Source of the DNA: the human T2T-CHM13v2.0 reference genome, Homo sapiens
Strand: one strand, 5' to 3'
Length of the DNA stretch: 64,000 nucleotides
Assembly (NCBI RefSeq): GCF_009914755.1
Contig: NC_060926.1
A program made the position numbers and the translations under genes. Shown here piece by piece: positions 30,888 to 44,599 of the stretch; the first letter of the stretch is position 1, and each line of letters begins with the position of its first letter. The notes beneath the pieces were generated by a model, which worked only from the letters and a program-made list of their open reading frames with translations, was not told where the DNA came from and did not search any database.

Positions 30888-32351
30888 TCTTCTAAACATT
30901 TTAGGAAGACATAATACAATGTTTACTTAAAAATTTTGAGAAAATTTAAGAATGGGAAGACCTCCCAAATCATTTTGTGGGGCCAGCATTATCTTTGACA
31001 ATAATACTTGAAAAGGACGAAACAAGAAAACACACGACTACAGAATATATCATATATCAACATAAACACAGAAGTCCTTAACAAAACTTGGAAATTAAAT
31101 CTAGCCACACATAAAAAAGATAATATATCGTGATCCAGTAGGAAGCAAGTTCATTTCACATTTCAAACATCAATCAATTTACCATATCAACAGCCTGAAA
31201 AATAGAAACAGTCTGATCATCTCAATAGATACAGATACTTAGATCTCAATAGATACTAAGTTCAACATTTCACACATTATAAAACCCTCAGGAAACTGGG
31301 AATAGAATGACATGTCTTCAATCTCTTAAAGAACATCTATGAAAAACTACAGTTAATATAATACCTAATAATGAAAGACTGAATTCTTTACCCTTAAGTT
31401 CAGAAATAAGTTAAGGATGCCCATTTTTATTACTCATATTCAACATGGTACTGTAATTCCTAGCCAGTGCAATAAAGCAAGTAAAAGAAATAATATGTAG
31501 ATTAAATAAGAAGAAATACTGTTCAAATAAAAAAACTCAGTTCTCAATTAGTCTACCAAAAACACTCCCAACCATGAAAACTAATCTGTGAGTTTAGCAA
31601 GGTGTCAGAATACAAAAATTTATTGTATTTCTTTATACCCTCAAGAAAAAGTTAGAAATTACAAATTTTAAAAAGCAGTACCATTTACAGTAATGTTGAC
31701 AACCATGAAAATTTATGGATAAAACTAAAACACATTTATTTGCGTGCTGAAAATTACAATACAGTTGAGAAAATTTAAACAAGATAGAAATAAATGGAGA
31801 GTTGTAGCATGCTCATAGATGGAAGGCTTCATATTGTTATCATGTCATTCTCCCCAACTTGCTCTAATGGCTCAATGCAATCCTAATAAAAACCTTAACA
31901 GGAATTTGTATAAAGATAACAGGTTGATTCTAAAATGGATATGAAAAGGTAAAGGACTTAGAATAGTCAAAGCAGTTTTGAATAAGTTATGAACTGAATG
32001 AAAATGAAAACAACATATCAGAATTTATGGAACAGAACCAAAGCAGTGATAAGAGGGAAATATGTAGCCTTAAATGCTTGGATTAGAAATCAAGAGACAT
32101 TTCAAAACAAAAATGTAAGCTTCACCTAAAGGAACTAGGAAAAGAAGAGCAAATCAAACCCAAGTTAACAGAAGAAATAGTAAAGATAAGAACAGAGAAA
32201 CAATAAAGAAAGTCAATAAACCTAAAAGCTGAATAACTCTTAGTTCCTCACTTAAAATCTAACTATAATGCTATAGGAATTAGCAAGTATGGTTTTGTTG
32301 AAAAGTCAGACATATAGATCAATTGAACACTATGGAGACTCCAGAAATAGG

Positions 32352-32354
<3 letters not shown>

Positions 32355-32410
<56 letters not shown>

Positions 32411-32486
32411 CCATATATATGTGTGTGTTTGTGTATATATATATATATACACAAACACACACACACACACATATATATATATAGTC
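32355..32486. repeat. (TA)n microsatellite followed by a TG/TA/CA quasi-palindrome
   Basis: Long perfect TA run, then gtgtgtgtttgtgta(ta)n cacaaacacacac. Confidence 0.97.
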
Positions 32487-32719
32487 AATTGTTTGTAGAC
32501 ATAGGTGTCAAGATAATGCAATGGAGAAAGGATAGTCTTTTTAATACATGGCACTGGAACACCCCATAAAGTGCTGGAAATTAATGTTAACCCATTCCTT
32601 ACCTCATTTATAGAAATTAACTAGACATGATTCTAGACCTAAGAGCATAATCCAAATTTCTAGAAGAAAACATAGAAAAAAAATCTTTGTGATGCTGGGC
32701 AAAGTAAATGTATCTTTTG

Positions 32720-32863
32720 TACATATATATACTATATATATATATATGTATATTTTATATTTATAATGGGGTCTCGCTATGTTGCCCGGGCTGGTCTTGA
32801 ACTCCTTCCACCTTGGTCTCCCAAAGTGCTTGGGATTACAGACATGAACCACTGCACCCAACC
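32720..32863 (-). mobile_element. Alu left monomer (FLAM-like) with an internal deletion and a TA-decayed tail
   Basis: atggggtctcgctatgttgcccgggctggtcttgaactcc...ctcccaaagtgcttgggattacagacatgaaccactgcacccaacc. Confidence 0.88.
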
Positions 32864-34829
32864 AAATATTTCTTAGACAATACCCAAAAGGCAGAAATCA
32901 TAAAAGCTAAAAACTTTTGCTGTTCAAAAAATGATGTTAAGGCAGAGGTTTAACATTATAAGAAAATGGAAAAATTTTATAAGAAGCTCCAAAGTGGGTA
33001 TATGTTAAATGGGTATATGTTAAAATGATGTTAAGAAAATGAAAAGACAAGTCACACATTGAGAAAAAGTTACTTGAAAAACTCTTATTTAGTAATGGGT
33101 TTGTATCCAGAACTCTCATGTACAAGAACTCTCACAACTCAATAATTTAAAAATCAACCAAATAAAATAAAAACAGGCAAATGATTTGAACAATTCACCA
33201 AAGAAGCAATACAGATGGTAAATGCACATACACATATGAATAGATGTTCAGCATCATTAGTCAATAGGCAAATGCAAAGTAAGACCACAGTGATATACCA
33301 CTATATGCCTATTAAAGAAGGATAAGAGTTAAAAAATATTATACTGATGCTTACAAGGATGTAGAACAATTGGAACTCTAATACATAGCTTGTAGGAATG
33401 CAAAATGTTATACCCAATTTGGAGTTTCTTGTAAAATTTTTGCATTTCTTTATAATGTTAAACCTCTGCCTGTTACTTGACTTAGCAATCCCACTCCAAG
33501 GTATTTACCCCAAAGAAACAGAAATATATGTTTACACAAAACTCTATGTGAATATTTAGAGTAGCTTCATTCATAACTCTCCCAAACTGTAAACTACCTA
33601 AATGTCTATTAACTGCTGAAGTATGAATAAACTGTGGTACAACCATAGAAGGAAATACTGCACAGCGAAAAAGAGAACAAACTGCCAATTCATGCAACAA
33701 CGTGGATGAATCTCAAAAGCATCATGTCCAGTGAAAAAAGCCAGATCCAAAAGCAAACATACTGTATTATTACACTAACATAATATTCAGGAGAGAAAAA
33801 TCTGTTGAGACAAATATCACTGAGGGGTATGCTTGGGGTTGGGAACAGAGGAAGACGTTGATTATGAAGGAGGCACAAGGAAACTTATGGGGTAGTGGAA
33901 ATATTTTATATTTTCAATTCTGTTATAGTTAACATAAGTGTAACTCATAAAAGTTACACCTAAAAACCTTGTTGAAAAACACAACACAGTTGCAAATTTT
34001 AAAACCACATGAACCTAAGCAAATTTTAAGGCACTGTCATATCTACAATAACATCTCTTCTCTCTCTTCTCTTCCTTGAAATTCAGATGGTAATGAACTG
34101 CCAGTTTTGTAAGAGACAACTTTAGTATGCCTTTCTGATAGAGATGTTGACACATAGAGAAATCCATATTTTCCATTTAAATTTTTTGGAGGACAATCGC
34201 ATTGGTTTCTGAAACACTGACAGAACTAGGGGTTTAGCTGTGTGCATTTCAGGTAAAAGTAAACATCTGTATACTAACTGTTGAAGGATTGGTCCACCCA
34301 CAAAATGGGAGCTCAGAGCTCTCCAACAATAAAGATTAGCTTGAACTTGACTTTTTAGTAGGCTGTTTTCTGTATGTGGTTCACAGCCTACTTTCATGAA
34401 CATAAAGAATTTAGTGATAGCAGAAAAGCAGCAGTATCTGTTATCTTTATAAGAAATACATAAAACAGCAAGAATACCTGGAGTTCAAGCAAAAACTAAT
34501 CAATTTTAGAAATTTAGTTTTCTTCAATTGTCAGTGTCCAGGTGTCCTTGAAATTGCATCTGTTTGGTTCATTCTGCCAACTTCTCACTTTCTTTGCAGC
34601 CATTGATTTGAAAGGGGTAACGAGAACAGAAAATAATGTGCATTTTTGTAAGTGACAATTAAAAGTATTCATCAAATGGGACCCCCATAATTCAGTTCTT
34701 TCTACTGGAGTATAACCTGTTAGAGTCAGCAAAAGAGGATCATTACAATCACTTCTGGCCAAGATGGGAAATTAAAAAAAACCCACATTTTGTTAATCTA
34801 TACACTATTAATAATAAAACTCTATTATT

Positions 34830-34990
34830 TCTTGTCAGGTGCTTCGTTCACATTATCTTATTTCTCACAACTACTCTACGTAGTAGGTATTTCTAGCCTG
34901 TTTTACAGATGAGGAAATAAAGACTTCAAAGGGATGGTGTGACTTTTAACTGAATCCACAATTTATGTTTTTTTCCATTATATAATGCTT
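34830..34990 (-). mobile_element. MIR fragment
   Basis: ctcacaactactctacgtagtaggtatttctagcctgttttacagatgaggaaa. Confidence 0.75.
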
Positions 34991-35283
34991 TGATCACTCC
35001 CTGTTAGTTGACTATGTTGACCTTTGACACTCTGGTGACATGTCCTGCTCCACTGGCTTTGGTGACTGCTAGCATACCATCCCAGTTCCTAATCACCTTA
35101 TGCTTGTAATTCTGCAATAACACCCTAGTTCATTATCCTTCTTCAGGTGTTTCTTTACTGTAATCTGTTCCACATACTTGTACCTCTACACTATTCTAAA
35201 ACATCATTCCATCATAACATTTCTGAACTCAAAACCTGTCATCTTCTTCTGTTACCTTATTTCGTACCTTTTCTACTCAGCTT

Positions 35284-35930
35284 TCTTTTCTGTAATTTCA
35301 CCTTTTATTTTAGATTCAGGGGGTACATGTGCAACTTTGCTACATGAGTATATTGCATGGTGCTGAGATTAGGGGTATAAGTGATTCTATCAGGTGGTGA
35401 GTATAACACCCAATAGGTCGTTTTTCAGCCCTTGCTCTCCTCTCTCTCTTCTCCCTCTAGTTGTCCCAAGTATCTGTTGTGCCCATCTTTATGTCCCTGT
35501 GTACCCAGTGTTTAGCTCCCACTTGTAAGTGAGAACACATGGTATTTGGTTTTCTGTTTCTGCATTAATTCGCTTAGGATAATGGCCTCTAGCTGCATCC
35601 ATGTTGTTGCAAGGGACATGATTTCATTTTTTAAATGGCTACATAGTATTCCATGGTGTATGTGTACTACTACTACATTTTCTCTGTCCAGTCTACTGTT
35701 AATGGGTACCTAGGTTGACTTCATATCTTTGCTATTGTGAATAGTGCTCTGATGATCATATGTGTGCATATACCTTTTTAGTAGAAGGACTTTATTTTCC
35801 TTTGGTTATATACCCAGTAATGGGATTGCTAGGTCAAATGATAGTTCTGTTTTAAGTTCTTTGATAAATCTGACAACTACTTTCCTCAGTGGCTGAACTA
35901 ATTTACATTCCCACCAACAGCGAGTAATCC
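35284..35930 (-). mobile_element. L1PB-type 3' end, inserted into a probable L2 fragment
   Basis: ttttagattcagggggtacatgtgca...; TSD actcagctt at 35275 and 35931. Confidence 0.9.
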
Positions 35931-38900
35931 ACTCAGCTTCAAAGACCTTATATAGTCTGCTTACAATTTATTCATCCTTATATCTCACAGATTCCCCAAA
36001 AGCACCCTTCACCCTGGTCAGGTTAATCTCTCTCCCCACAGCAAGCTCAATCTTGTGCTTTGATTCTTGTCTTCACGCTTTGTCCTGTGTCTTATTTTCT
36101 TTTTCATCTTTTTGCCTCTCCAAATCCTACCCATCTCTCAAGGCCTACTCTTCTTGCTGTACATCTTCCTAATCCCACTTGCACTGACCCTTTACTTTAT
36201 CAGCTACAAATGCATTTAGTATTTGTTTTGGGATTTGACAGTTAGTTGTTTTAAAATATTTTAATGGTGTCAGATTAGGTAAAATGCCAAATTATTTCTA
36301 AGGGTTACCCCAAACAATTATTATTGCAGACATACCTTCTGACCTACAAAATGCTTTTTGTGCATGGAAAATTTGATATCCAAGTGTGTTCTAAGTGAAG
36401 GTTTGTATTACTGGTCTTTTGTGCTGGGAAGTTATTATGTTTTCTTTGGTTATTGTTTTTTAAATCAGTTTTTGCTGGGTAAACTCTTTGGACCCCATGT
36501 TCATGAAAAGAATTCCTGCAGTCACAAGCATTTTGTGGAATGATTGGCACAGAAGTAGGCAAGAGTCCATGGCCTTTTGTTTCTGTATCACTGTTTTTAA
36601 ACTCCTGAAACTATTTTCTAATAATTACAGATTATTCTAGCAGGATAGGTACATTTAAAATCATTTGGAACACTAGAGAAAGAATTTAACTTTGATTGTA
36701 AGTCCGAAGTTCAAAGTCATTTCTGTCACACTGATTATTTCTAAGGGCAAGTCAACTCATAAGAAAAACCATATCTTTATATTAAGATGCTTTTGCTATG
36801 ATCATTTATTCCTGCAACTCCTGTATTCCCAGGATTTCCCAGTACCTAAGGACATTGTGGATGCAGTCCATGGTTGATCCCAGAGTTCTTTCTTGAATCA
36901 TAGTGACACTAGATCTGAGGAATGTATACCCACCAGGCTCTAGTAATGAACAGTTTATTAATCCAAAAGGAAGATGTGCCAACACACCCACGTTTTAAGC
37001 TCATTAAGAATCTCCAGTTATTTTACAAACGGTTTGTTTCCAATAAAATCCCAAATGCTTTCTATCTCAAGTATTTCTCCTCCCTTAATTATTTTTAAAT
37101 GATGTCAAGTAAATTTTATCCATATGTACTTGCTTTCAATATATTTATTGGGTCAATTATTATTTGTAAAGTTCATATAATATTGTCCCTTTTCAAAAGC
37201 AGGGCCCCAAATGTGCTTTTAAAATGTATTTTCCCCTGTTAAATGGGAAGTTAATTTCTATTCGGGGTAATCTCCCTTGTAAACCAAAGTTTGGGTTATA
37301 GTCAAAACTAGCACTTCTGAATTAGCTTTGAGTTTCTTCTTTATTCCTCTGTGTTCCTCTGTGTCATTTCCATCTGGATATATATAAGTATAAAACTAGA
37401 AACATGTTCAGATTAGGAATGGCCTTAAGTAACCCACTCCTGATTATTTCACTCTTTCACAAACCAGTTACGAGGTCAATTACAACTGGAGTAAACATTC
37501 TCCTAATGTACTCCTTATATTGTCCTTATTCCTGTGCCTTTAAGTTCCCTGAAAGTCCCTATGCACAGTTAGGCCAATATATTGTATAGAATGCATGAGA
37601 ATGTAAGTAAATTATTTAAAGTTGTTACTCTAGACTTGGAACTCTAAAATATTCTTTTATTTGAACTGTTAAACTCTATCTATTAAGTAGTTATTGTGTG
37701 AAATGTAAAAAGGAAGAGGTTTTTACTGTGAAATATGTCTATTTAAAATTATAAATTTATTTAAATATGTCAAAGGAGAAAAAGTTAAGTAGTTCATGTT
37801 CATGATAGATAAGGCTTAGTTATCCACTTAAATTATTCTAGGTAAATGAAATCATTTTTATCTTTTTCATCTTCTAAATATTGAAAATGCATTTTTCTTT
37901 TGACATTTACATTAATATAATAAAAGGCCTGAAATTATATGTATAGTGGTTTTTGCGTTTCAAGATTGTGGAACTTGTTAAACTTGGTCAAAACTTGCTC
38001 TTTAAGCTCAAAACTATCTCAGAAGACAACTGACAGCTGACTAGTGGCCTATAGGGAGACCTTTTATTTAGAACTTTTCCAAGGAAGAGAGCATCCCAGA
38101 TGTTTTTGCCATGAATGACTAGTGACCTGATACTATAGAAAATTAGAGAATATCTAAAGGTGCTAAATATGATGATGGGTCACTAAAGGAATATCTGATT
38201 TTGAAATTGCAATTTGATTTCTGCCTGCACTGAGGAAGGGCTTTGCATAAAGATTTTTGTTATGCCAAAATTTCAAAATATATTCTAAATATCTATACAC
38301 AAATTATACAGATATTTAGATTGGTGAAATCATTATAACCTACTAGGTAAATAGCATTACTTAGAATATCCAATTTGTATTTTAAAGGCAGATTCTAATA
38401 TTCCAAAATAAAATATATAAGTATATTTTAAGTATAAACAATTGGATCAATAATATGTTTCAAAGTCCTTGATGAGTATTTGTATGATCTGGATTTCAAA
38501 AAGTCCACAAATAAGTATTTACACATCTTTAGAACCTTTACAGTCTATCATCCCGTCTTCTTTACACTTCTATGAGGAATTTCTTCCATTAAAAAAAAAT
38601 CTGTTATAAAAGGAAATTAACAACTTCTAAATAATACTCTTAGAGAAACCTCCAAAGCTGGGAAACTAAAAGTGAAGGCTAGCACTTAATTCCTCACTTT
38701 TTCTGCTTATTCCTATGTGTTGGAGAGATCTCAGATCAGTATGGTACAAGCCATATGTGCTGTAATAACAAGACACAATGGAACAAGTTGTATATGGATT
38801 GTGTCAGCTTGCCATCTCCCCTCCCCAGATTCCTCCCTTTCCTCCATTTAGTGCAAACACAGAAGAAAAAGTGCTTCTGAGGTGTATATCTATTGTATTT

Positions 38901-40444
38901 TCTGGTGCATTACAATCCCAGTTGCCATAGTCATAGTATCAGATGACTTAAAAAGCTCTGCCTACAAAATAAAATACAGCTCATTCATCTGAGGAGTTAG
39001 CATGCGATTGCATTACCTGGTTAAACATGTTCAGCTGAATTATTAATTTTATGTCTTGTTAAGTACTGGATTCATGGCTGGAAGTGAAAATGCATGCAAT
39101 GTAAAAATATGCTGGAAAACAGTTGTAAAACCATCATTAGGTCTCAGTATTGCATGACTTCTTGTGAGACAGAGTGACACATTTCTTAAAACAGGATCAG
39201 CTGTCATTTTCACAAGTTTATCCAAATAGTTTATATGGTAAATTATATATTCTAAAAATGTAGGTGACAGAAGGTAAGATAATTATATACCTGAGCCCAA
39301 TTTTGAGCCTAATATCTCAGAGAAATGAATATTGTAATGGACTATTGGTCAGAGTTGGAGAAATCTTTTCTGACATGGAAAAAGCGTAATAACCATTAGA
39401 GTTTATTTTATATCAAGAAATCATGGCTTCAGTTTATTAGTACTTATACAGCTTTACTGTACGGTAGCTCTGCCATAGAAAGTGTAAGAGGTCTATGAAG
39501 GTGAGTGTATAAGAAAATAATAATTATTATTTGTGGTGGTTTATTTTATTGGTACATTCTATATTGTTGCAGGATGTTTTGCATTTATATTTTTAGTTTA
39601 TTTTGGAATATGAAAACATTTATTAGAGTTATGTAAAATAGTCATGATAAATTCACCTTTCCTTTGTAGAAGGTCTATTATGAAAGTTTGTGCAGTCCTA
39701 TTTTCTACACCAGGAGTACAATTTCTATTTTAATGTTGTTAAAAAATTAAACCTCTTTTATTTGCTGTTGTTGTTTTTCATTTTTTGTTTTGTTTAACCT
39801 GAGCAAGAAGTTAGTAATGTTTTTAGAGAGAACACTGTAGCAAGAAAGCAAAAATTTAAGTCAACTGACTACTTTAGTTTTCTGGACACATTGCATTCTA
39901 AATTAATACGTTTTCAATTCCAAAAAAGCAAAGTTTCACTTACTGATTATGAGCAACCATGGACTTAACTTATGGAAGTGTTTGTTAATAAGCTTGTTGT
40001 TATAAAGCTGGCAATTTTCCCCAAGGGCATTAAATATATAAAGTTTGGCATTATTGGATTGAAAGAAAGTTAGAAATACATTTCTACCTCACAGATAAAA
40101 ATAATAAAAACATACTTGAGAGGGTCATTACATTTTAATGATAGTAATTGCACACATCACCTTCATCTCTGAATTTTAAAGGGGACAGAAATATTTACTT
40201 TTTAGGCTATTATGAGGATTACATTGACACTTAGTCCATGTGTCAAGCAAAGCTCATTGAGTATTAGCTAATATCACCATTATCATAAGCATTATCATTG
40301 TCCCTATCTTCACTTTAATTGTTGTCAACATCATTAGCCTCATTGTTTATGAATGTCAGGGTCTATGGTCATCTAAGTAGTAGTTCTTTGGCTGATCAAT
40401 ATTTTCAGTGAGTATCTACATTTAGTAAGAGTTTCCAGAATATG

Positions 40445-41745
40445 CCATTAATTAATTAATTAATTAATTAATTAATTCTACTGTTGATTTAACACCTATA
40501 ATAAACTGAAGCAGGAATACCATGGTGAGTAAAATAGACCCTTCAGTGGAACTTATTGCTTGGGTACACAAATCTGATGACTGCATAGATAACTTTCATA
40601 TTATAACTGTAGTAAGTGCCACAAATTAGAGGTACAGGGAGTTATGAGATCACGTTATGGGGAATTTGGCCTAGTCAGAAAATTCACAGAAGGCTTCTCT
40701 GAGGAAGTGACATTGGAGGTGAGATTAGGAAGAACTGATAGAGGCATGAGGGAAAAACTGTTCAACAGAGGGAGCATCATGTGAAGCAAGAGGGAACATG
40801 GCATGTTAGAGGAACTAAAAAAAAAGGCAGGCATGGCAGAAGCAGACAGTAGGAGAGGGAACATGCAGGAGACATACTAATGAAGTGTGTAGTGGAGAAA
40901 CCATGAAAAGCCTTGGTCTTCATCTAAGAGCCAGACTGCTGAAGTGTTTTATGCACTGGGTGATATTAGCACATTTATTTATTTATTTACTTATTTACTT
41001 ACTTTACTGTGGTTTTAGTGGGGCTTTAGTTTGGATGTTGCAAGTTTTGAAGTGAAAAGCTCAATTTTGAGACTATTTTAATGGTCCATATACCATAAAA
41101 TAGTAGCTTGAATGAGGGTAGTGACATCAGAGATGAACTGAAATGGATGAATTCAGTGAAAAATTGGGGGAAATCTTATAGGAGTTTCTGATGGATTGAT
41201 TAAGTAGGGAAAAACTGGTGAAGAGAACGGTTAAAAATGGCTCCTACATTTCTAGCTTGCACAACTGGGTCAATGTGGTGCCATCAGGAAGCATTTGGAG
41301 AAAACCAAATTCAGGATTGAGAAAATGAGATCAGTTCTGCATATCTTAAACATGTAATTCTGTAAGATAGCCAAGTGAAAATTTCAAGGCAGTTGGTGAC
41401 CTGAAATGGGAGGTCTGGACTGAACAGTAAAGTTTGTGATTAATCTTTTTAAAAATTGCAAGAGCTTTGAAGAGATTGTCTAGGAAAAGAATATATAGTA
41501 AAAAGAGAAGGTGATGTAACTTTGACACTAATGCCCAGGGAGAAGAGAATCAGCCAGCAAAGAGTGGCCAGAGTAGAAGGGAAACCAAGAAAGTGACATG
41601 TTAGGGAATCCAAGGGAAGTAAATGTTTCAAGAAGAGAATAGTAAAAAGTTGCTTATGGTGTTTTTAGAGGCCAAGTAAGATGAGGACTAAAAATGTGCC
41701 AATTATATTTAGTGTCATTTTTCTCATTGATAACCTCAGTGGAAA
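40445..41745 (-). mobile_element. L2 LINE fragment with a (TTAA)n tract at 40448-40477
   Basis: Antisense L2 motifs such as cacagaaggcttctctgaggaagtgacatt and aagtaagatgaggactaaaaatgtgccaatt. Confidence 0.75.
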
Positions 41746-44254
41746 CTGCTTCCACATACTATGTGTGTTTGTGTGTGTGTTGGGGAGGGGAAGAGGGGCT
41801 GCAAAAGACAGACTGGGCTGGGCTGATGGCTGAGGAGAGTGAGGTGAGAAAAAAGAAATTACTATTTTATACAATGGTTTAGAGAAATTTAGAGCTGCCT
41901 TCAATGTGTATAAGGTTTTGTTTCTTTACTGTTAGATTTAAAAAAAAATTTGAGTTGGAATTTGATTAGTTTTTCTCCCTCTTTTCAAAGACTTTCCTAT
42001 TGTGAAGCCTACTGTAATAATTTACACTTTAATATTACACTGTAATATTATACTGTAATAATTTGGCAGGATTTTCATTTTTTAAAATTGTGATTGTCTC
42101 TAATAATAGATGTCTCTAGGGTTGCCACTGTACTGGCAATGTAATGACTGGCTCAGGGTAATGACTTGGAATTGGTCAAATCAATTACAGTATCTTTACT
42201 GGGTACTTTCTTTTAGACACACACAAGAGACTTTCTTACATGTTGATATAGTTTTTATATTTTGCAAAAATCAAACAACAAACAAAAATTATAGAAACAC
42301 TTGAAATGAATGATGACTCTTTCTTAAAACTTCTATAACCTATTTTTTTTTCAAATTTTGGGCTTTATGAAATTGAGATTTCTATATTTTCAAGTTCATA
42401 ACACATTTCTCCTCCTAAACTGAGTCATTGTTTTTCAAGAGACATTTAATTTACAAATAGGTTTCTCCCTTGACTAAATAGAAACCTAGGTTATATAAAC
42501 AATTCATGTTCTTGTTTAAAAGTAATTAATATTCTGCTTCTGGTCTACCAGGCCTACAAGAGGAATAAAATACAAGAACAATGATTTGCTGCTCAAACTT
42601 CTGTGGTGCTCAGAGCAAACAGAATGTCAGAGTTTAAACTTAAGAGTAGAACCCATTTTTGAATGGGTTCTCTCCAGCTCCTTCCCCTCCCTGGCAGTGC
42701 TAAAATATGATGATGCAGTCTCCAACGCTGTTAAATCAGCAGGGATAATCTGTAGCTAATGGTTAAGCTTTCTTCTTCTACATTTTGCCTAAGTAAATGG
42801 GTTATACTGTCAGTTCTAATGAGTTTGGAAAAGACAGGCAAGCTCTTAGTCCTCTCATGAAGTGTTATGTTAGATCTCACCATATGAAACAAATATCTTG
42901 ATCTGTACTTCAAACCGTGGCAATGCACGCTTGCAAAATTCCAGCAGAAGACCAAAATGTCCCACATATTGTGGCAAATTTCCCATAATGTCCTGCAAAT
43001 TGCAACAGAGCTATGGGAAAAGTAGGAGGAAATTATCTTCTTGCATAGGGATAGCTCATGTGGGAAGGCTAATCCACAGGTTCCCACAAGAATGGAGGAA
43101 TACATCTGGTACATTTTTGAAGCACATCACGGAATGGTTATTTTGTATCAGTGTTACACATTGGGAGAAGTATTTGGAACAAATGAATTTCTAATAGATG
43201 ACTCTAGATTATGTGTTTATACATTGCACCTTTTTGCTATTAAAAAAGTTGCTTCCCAAAAGAATGGATATGGCCTCTGCAATACAGAAATATGGTCATT
43301 TTTCCAAACTTTAGGTTCTTAAAGCAATTAGCATTGACATCACAAGTAGATGGCAAGCAAGCCCTGAATGCATCAGCTTTTAAAAGGGCGTTTCCCAACA
43401 ACTTAATTGGAAAGTATTAGTATAAATTAAAGCATGTGGAGAGGCAGTATGTTTACACTTTCTTCCAAGGCAATAGAGAGTCAAGTATGCTAGCGAGTAA
43501 GTGAATTTTCTATGGAATTTTATTATTCCTCCATATACTTCTTTCATACCAGGTGGAAATCAGGTTTCTAAGAGTAGTTTTATTTCTATGCCTGTATAAT
43601 AACTTTATCATTTTACAAGTAGAATAAATATGATAAGTAATCATTTATCCTTTTTGTGCTTTTCCTTCTCAACAAGGGCAACTGCTCTCCACTGAACATT
43701 TTACCCTCCCAAGCGGAGTTTGACATAATTACCACACTGGAGCTAAGATTCATAAGCAGATTGCTAATGTCAATGGAAATGAAAGCTTTCATGAAAAACA
43801 AAACCTGTTAAGTATACTCAAGGCTCAGCATCAATCCCACTCATGAGTAATTAAAATATCAATTTATGATGCATTTGTCTTTTACCGGTAAATCTGGAAA
43901 TCCTATGGTTTTTTTTTCTTCAGACATAGATGCTTGAAGGAGAATAAATTCCAAGGACAGTTAATACAGCTTCAAACTTTGGATCAGAATCCAATTCCAG
44001 AAATAATACTTTGGAGTACCTACTATGTGTGAGATAGTCTAAATTAAACTGAAATCATTTTACAGTATTTTAGATTTTCTTAGTCCTAAGTAACAGGAAT
44101 CTTTGCAATTTACACTGGTTGAATTTTTGTTGATTTTTTTTAACTGTATCTGGGAATATGGTTCAAAGTTTTCCTTAAAGAGGGTAAAAAGCTAGTTTCT
44201 TTCGTCCTAGGCTGTGTGCTGTTAACTGTCTACTTACATTGCCTATTTATTCTC

Positions 44255-44370
44255 TGCACCAACCCTATGGGTAGACATTATTATCTTCATTTTAAAGAAG
44301 AACCTCAAAAACATGGAGTGACTTGTCCAACCCACAGAGTCATTCAATAATAGAATGGGGTACACAGGAA
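44255..44370 (-). mobile_element. MIR fragment
   Basis: caaccctatgggtagacattattatcttcatttt...gagtgacttgtccaacccacagag. Confidence 0.65.
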
Positions 44371-44599
44371 AGCACAGACAGGGTCTGTACAATACCTGGT
44401 TAGGAAGGAAATAGACTGTACTCAAAGAAATTCACGACCTTGCCAGGTTTTAGCAGTAGGAGATTATGTAGCACATATAAGTAGCTTCAAAAAGTATTGA
44501 GTCAAGGAGGAAAAATATAAGATTGTATTGGGATAAATTTATCTATATGTTGCATTTACTTGAGTTTTAGATGTAATGTGTTGGGTCAACCATCTGGGA

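Noticed and set aside
42010-42064. 13-bp unit repeated about four times, superficially like an array
   Set aside because: A simple degenerate minisatellite with no spacers; CRISPR is not applicable to this eukaryotic DNA.
42648-42671. Perfect 10-bp hairpin agaacccatt-tttg-aatgggttct
   Set aside because: About what chance predicts in 64 kb; too short for a pre-miRNA, and terminator logic does not apply to this genome.
42731-43322. Overlapping 93-127 aa ORFs in unique sequence
   Set aside because: No recognisable protein similarity, domain or splice structure; compatible with chance ORFs.
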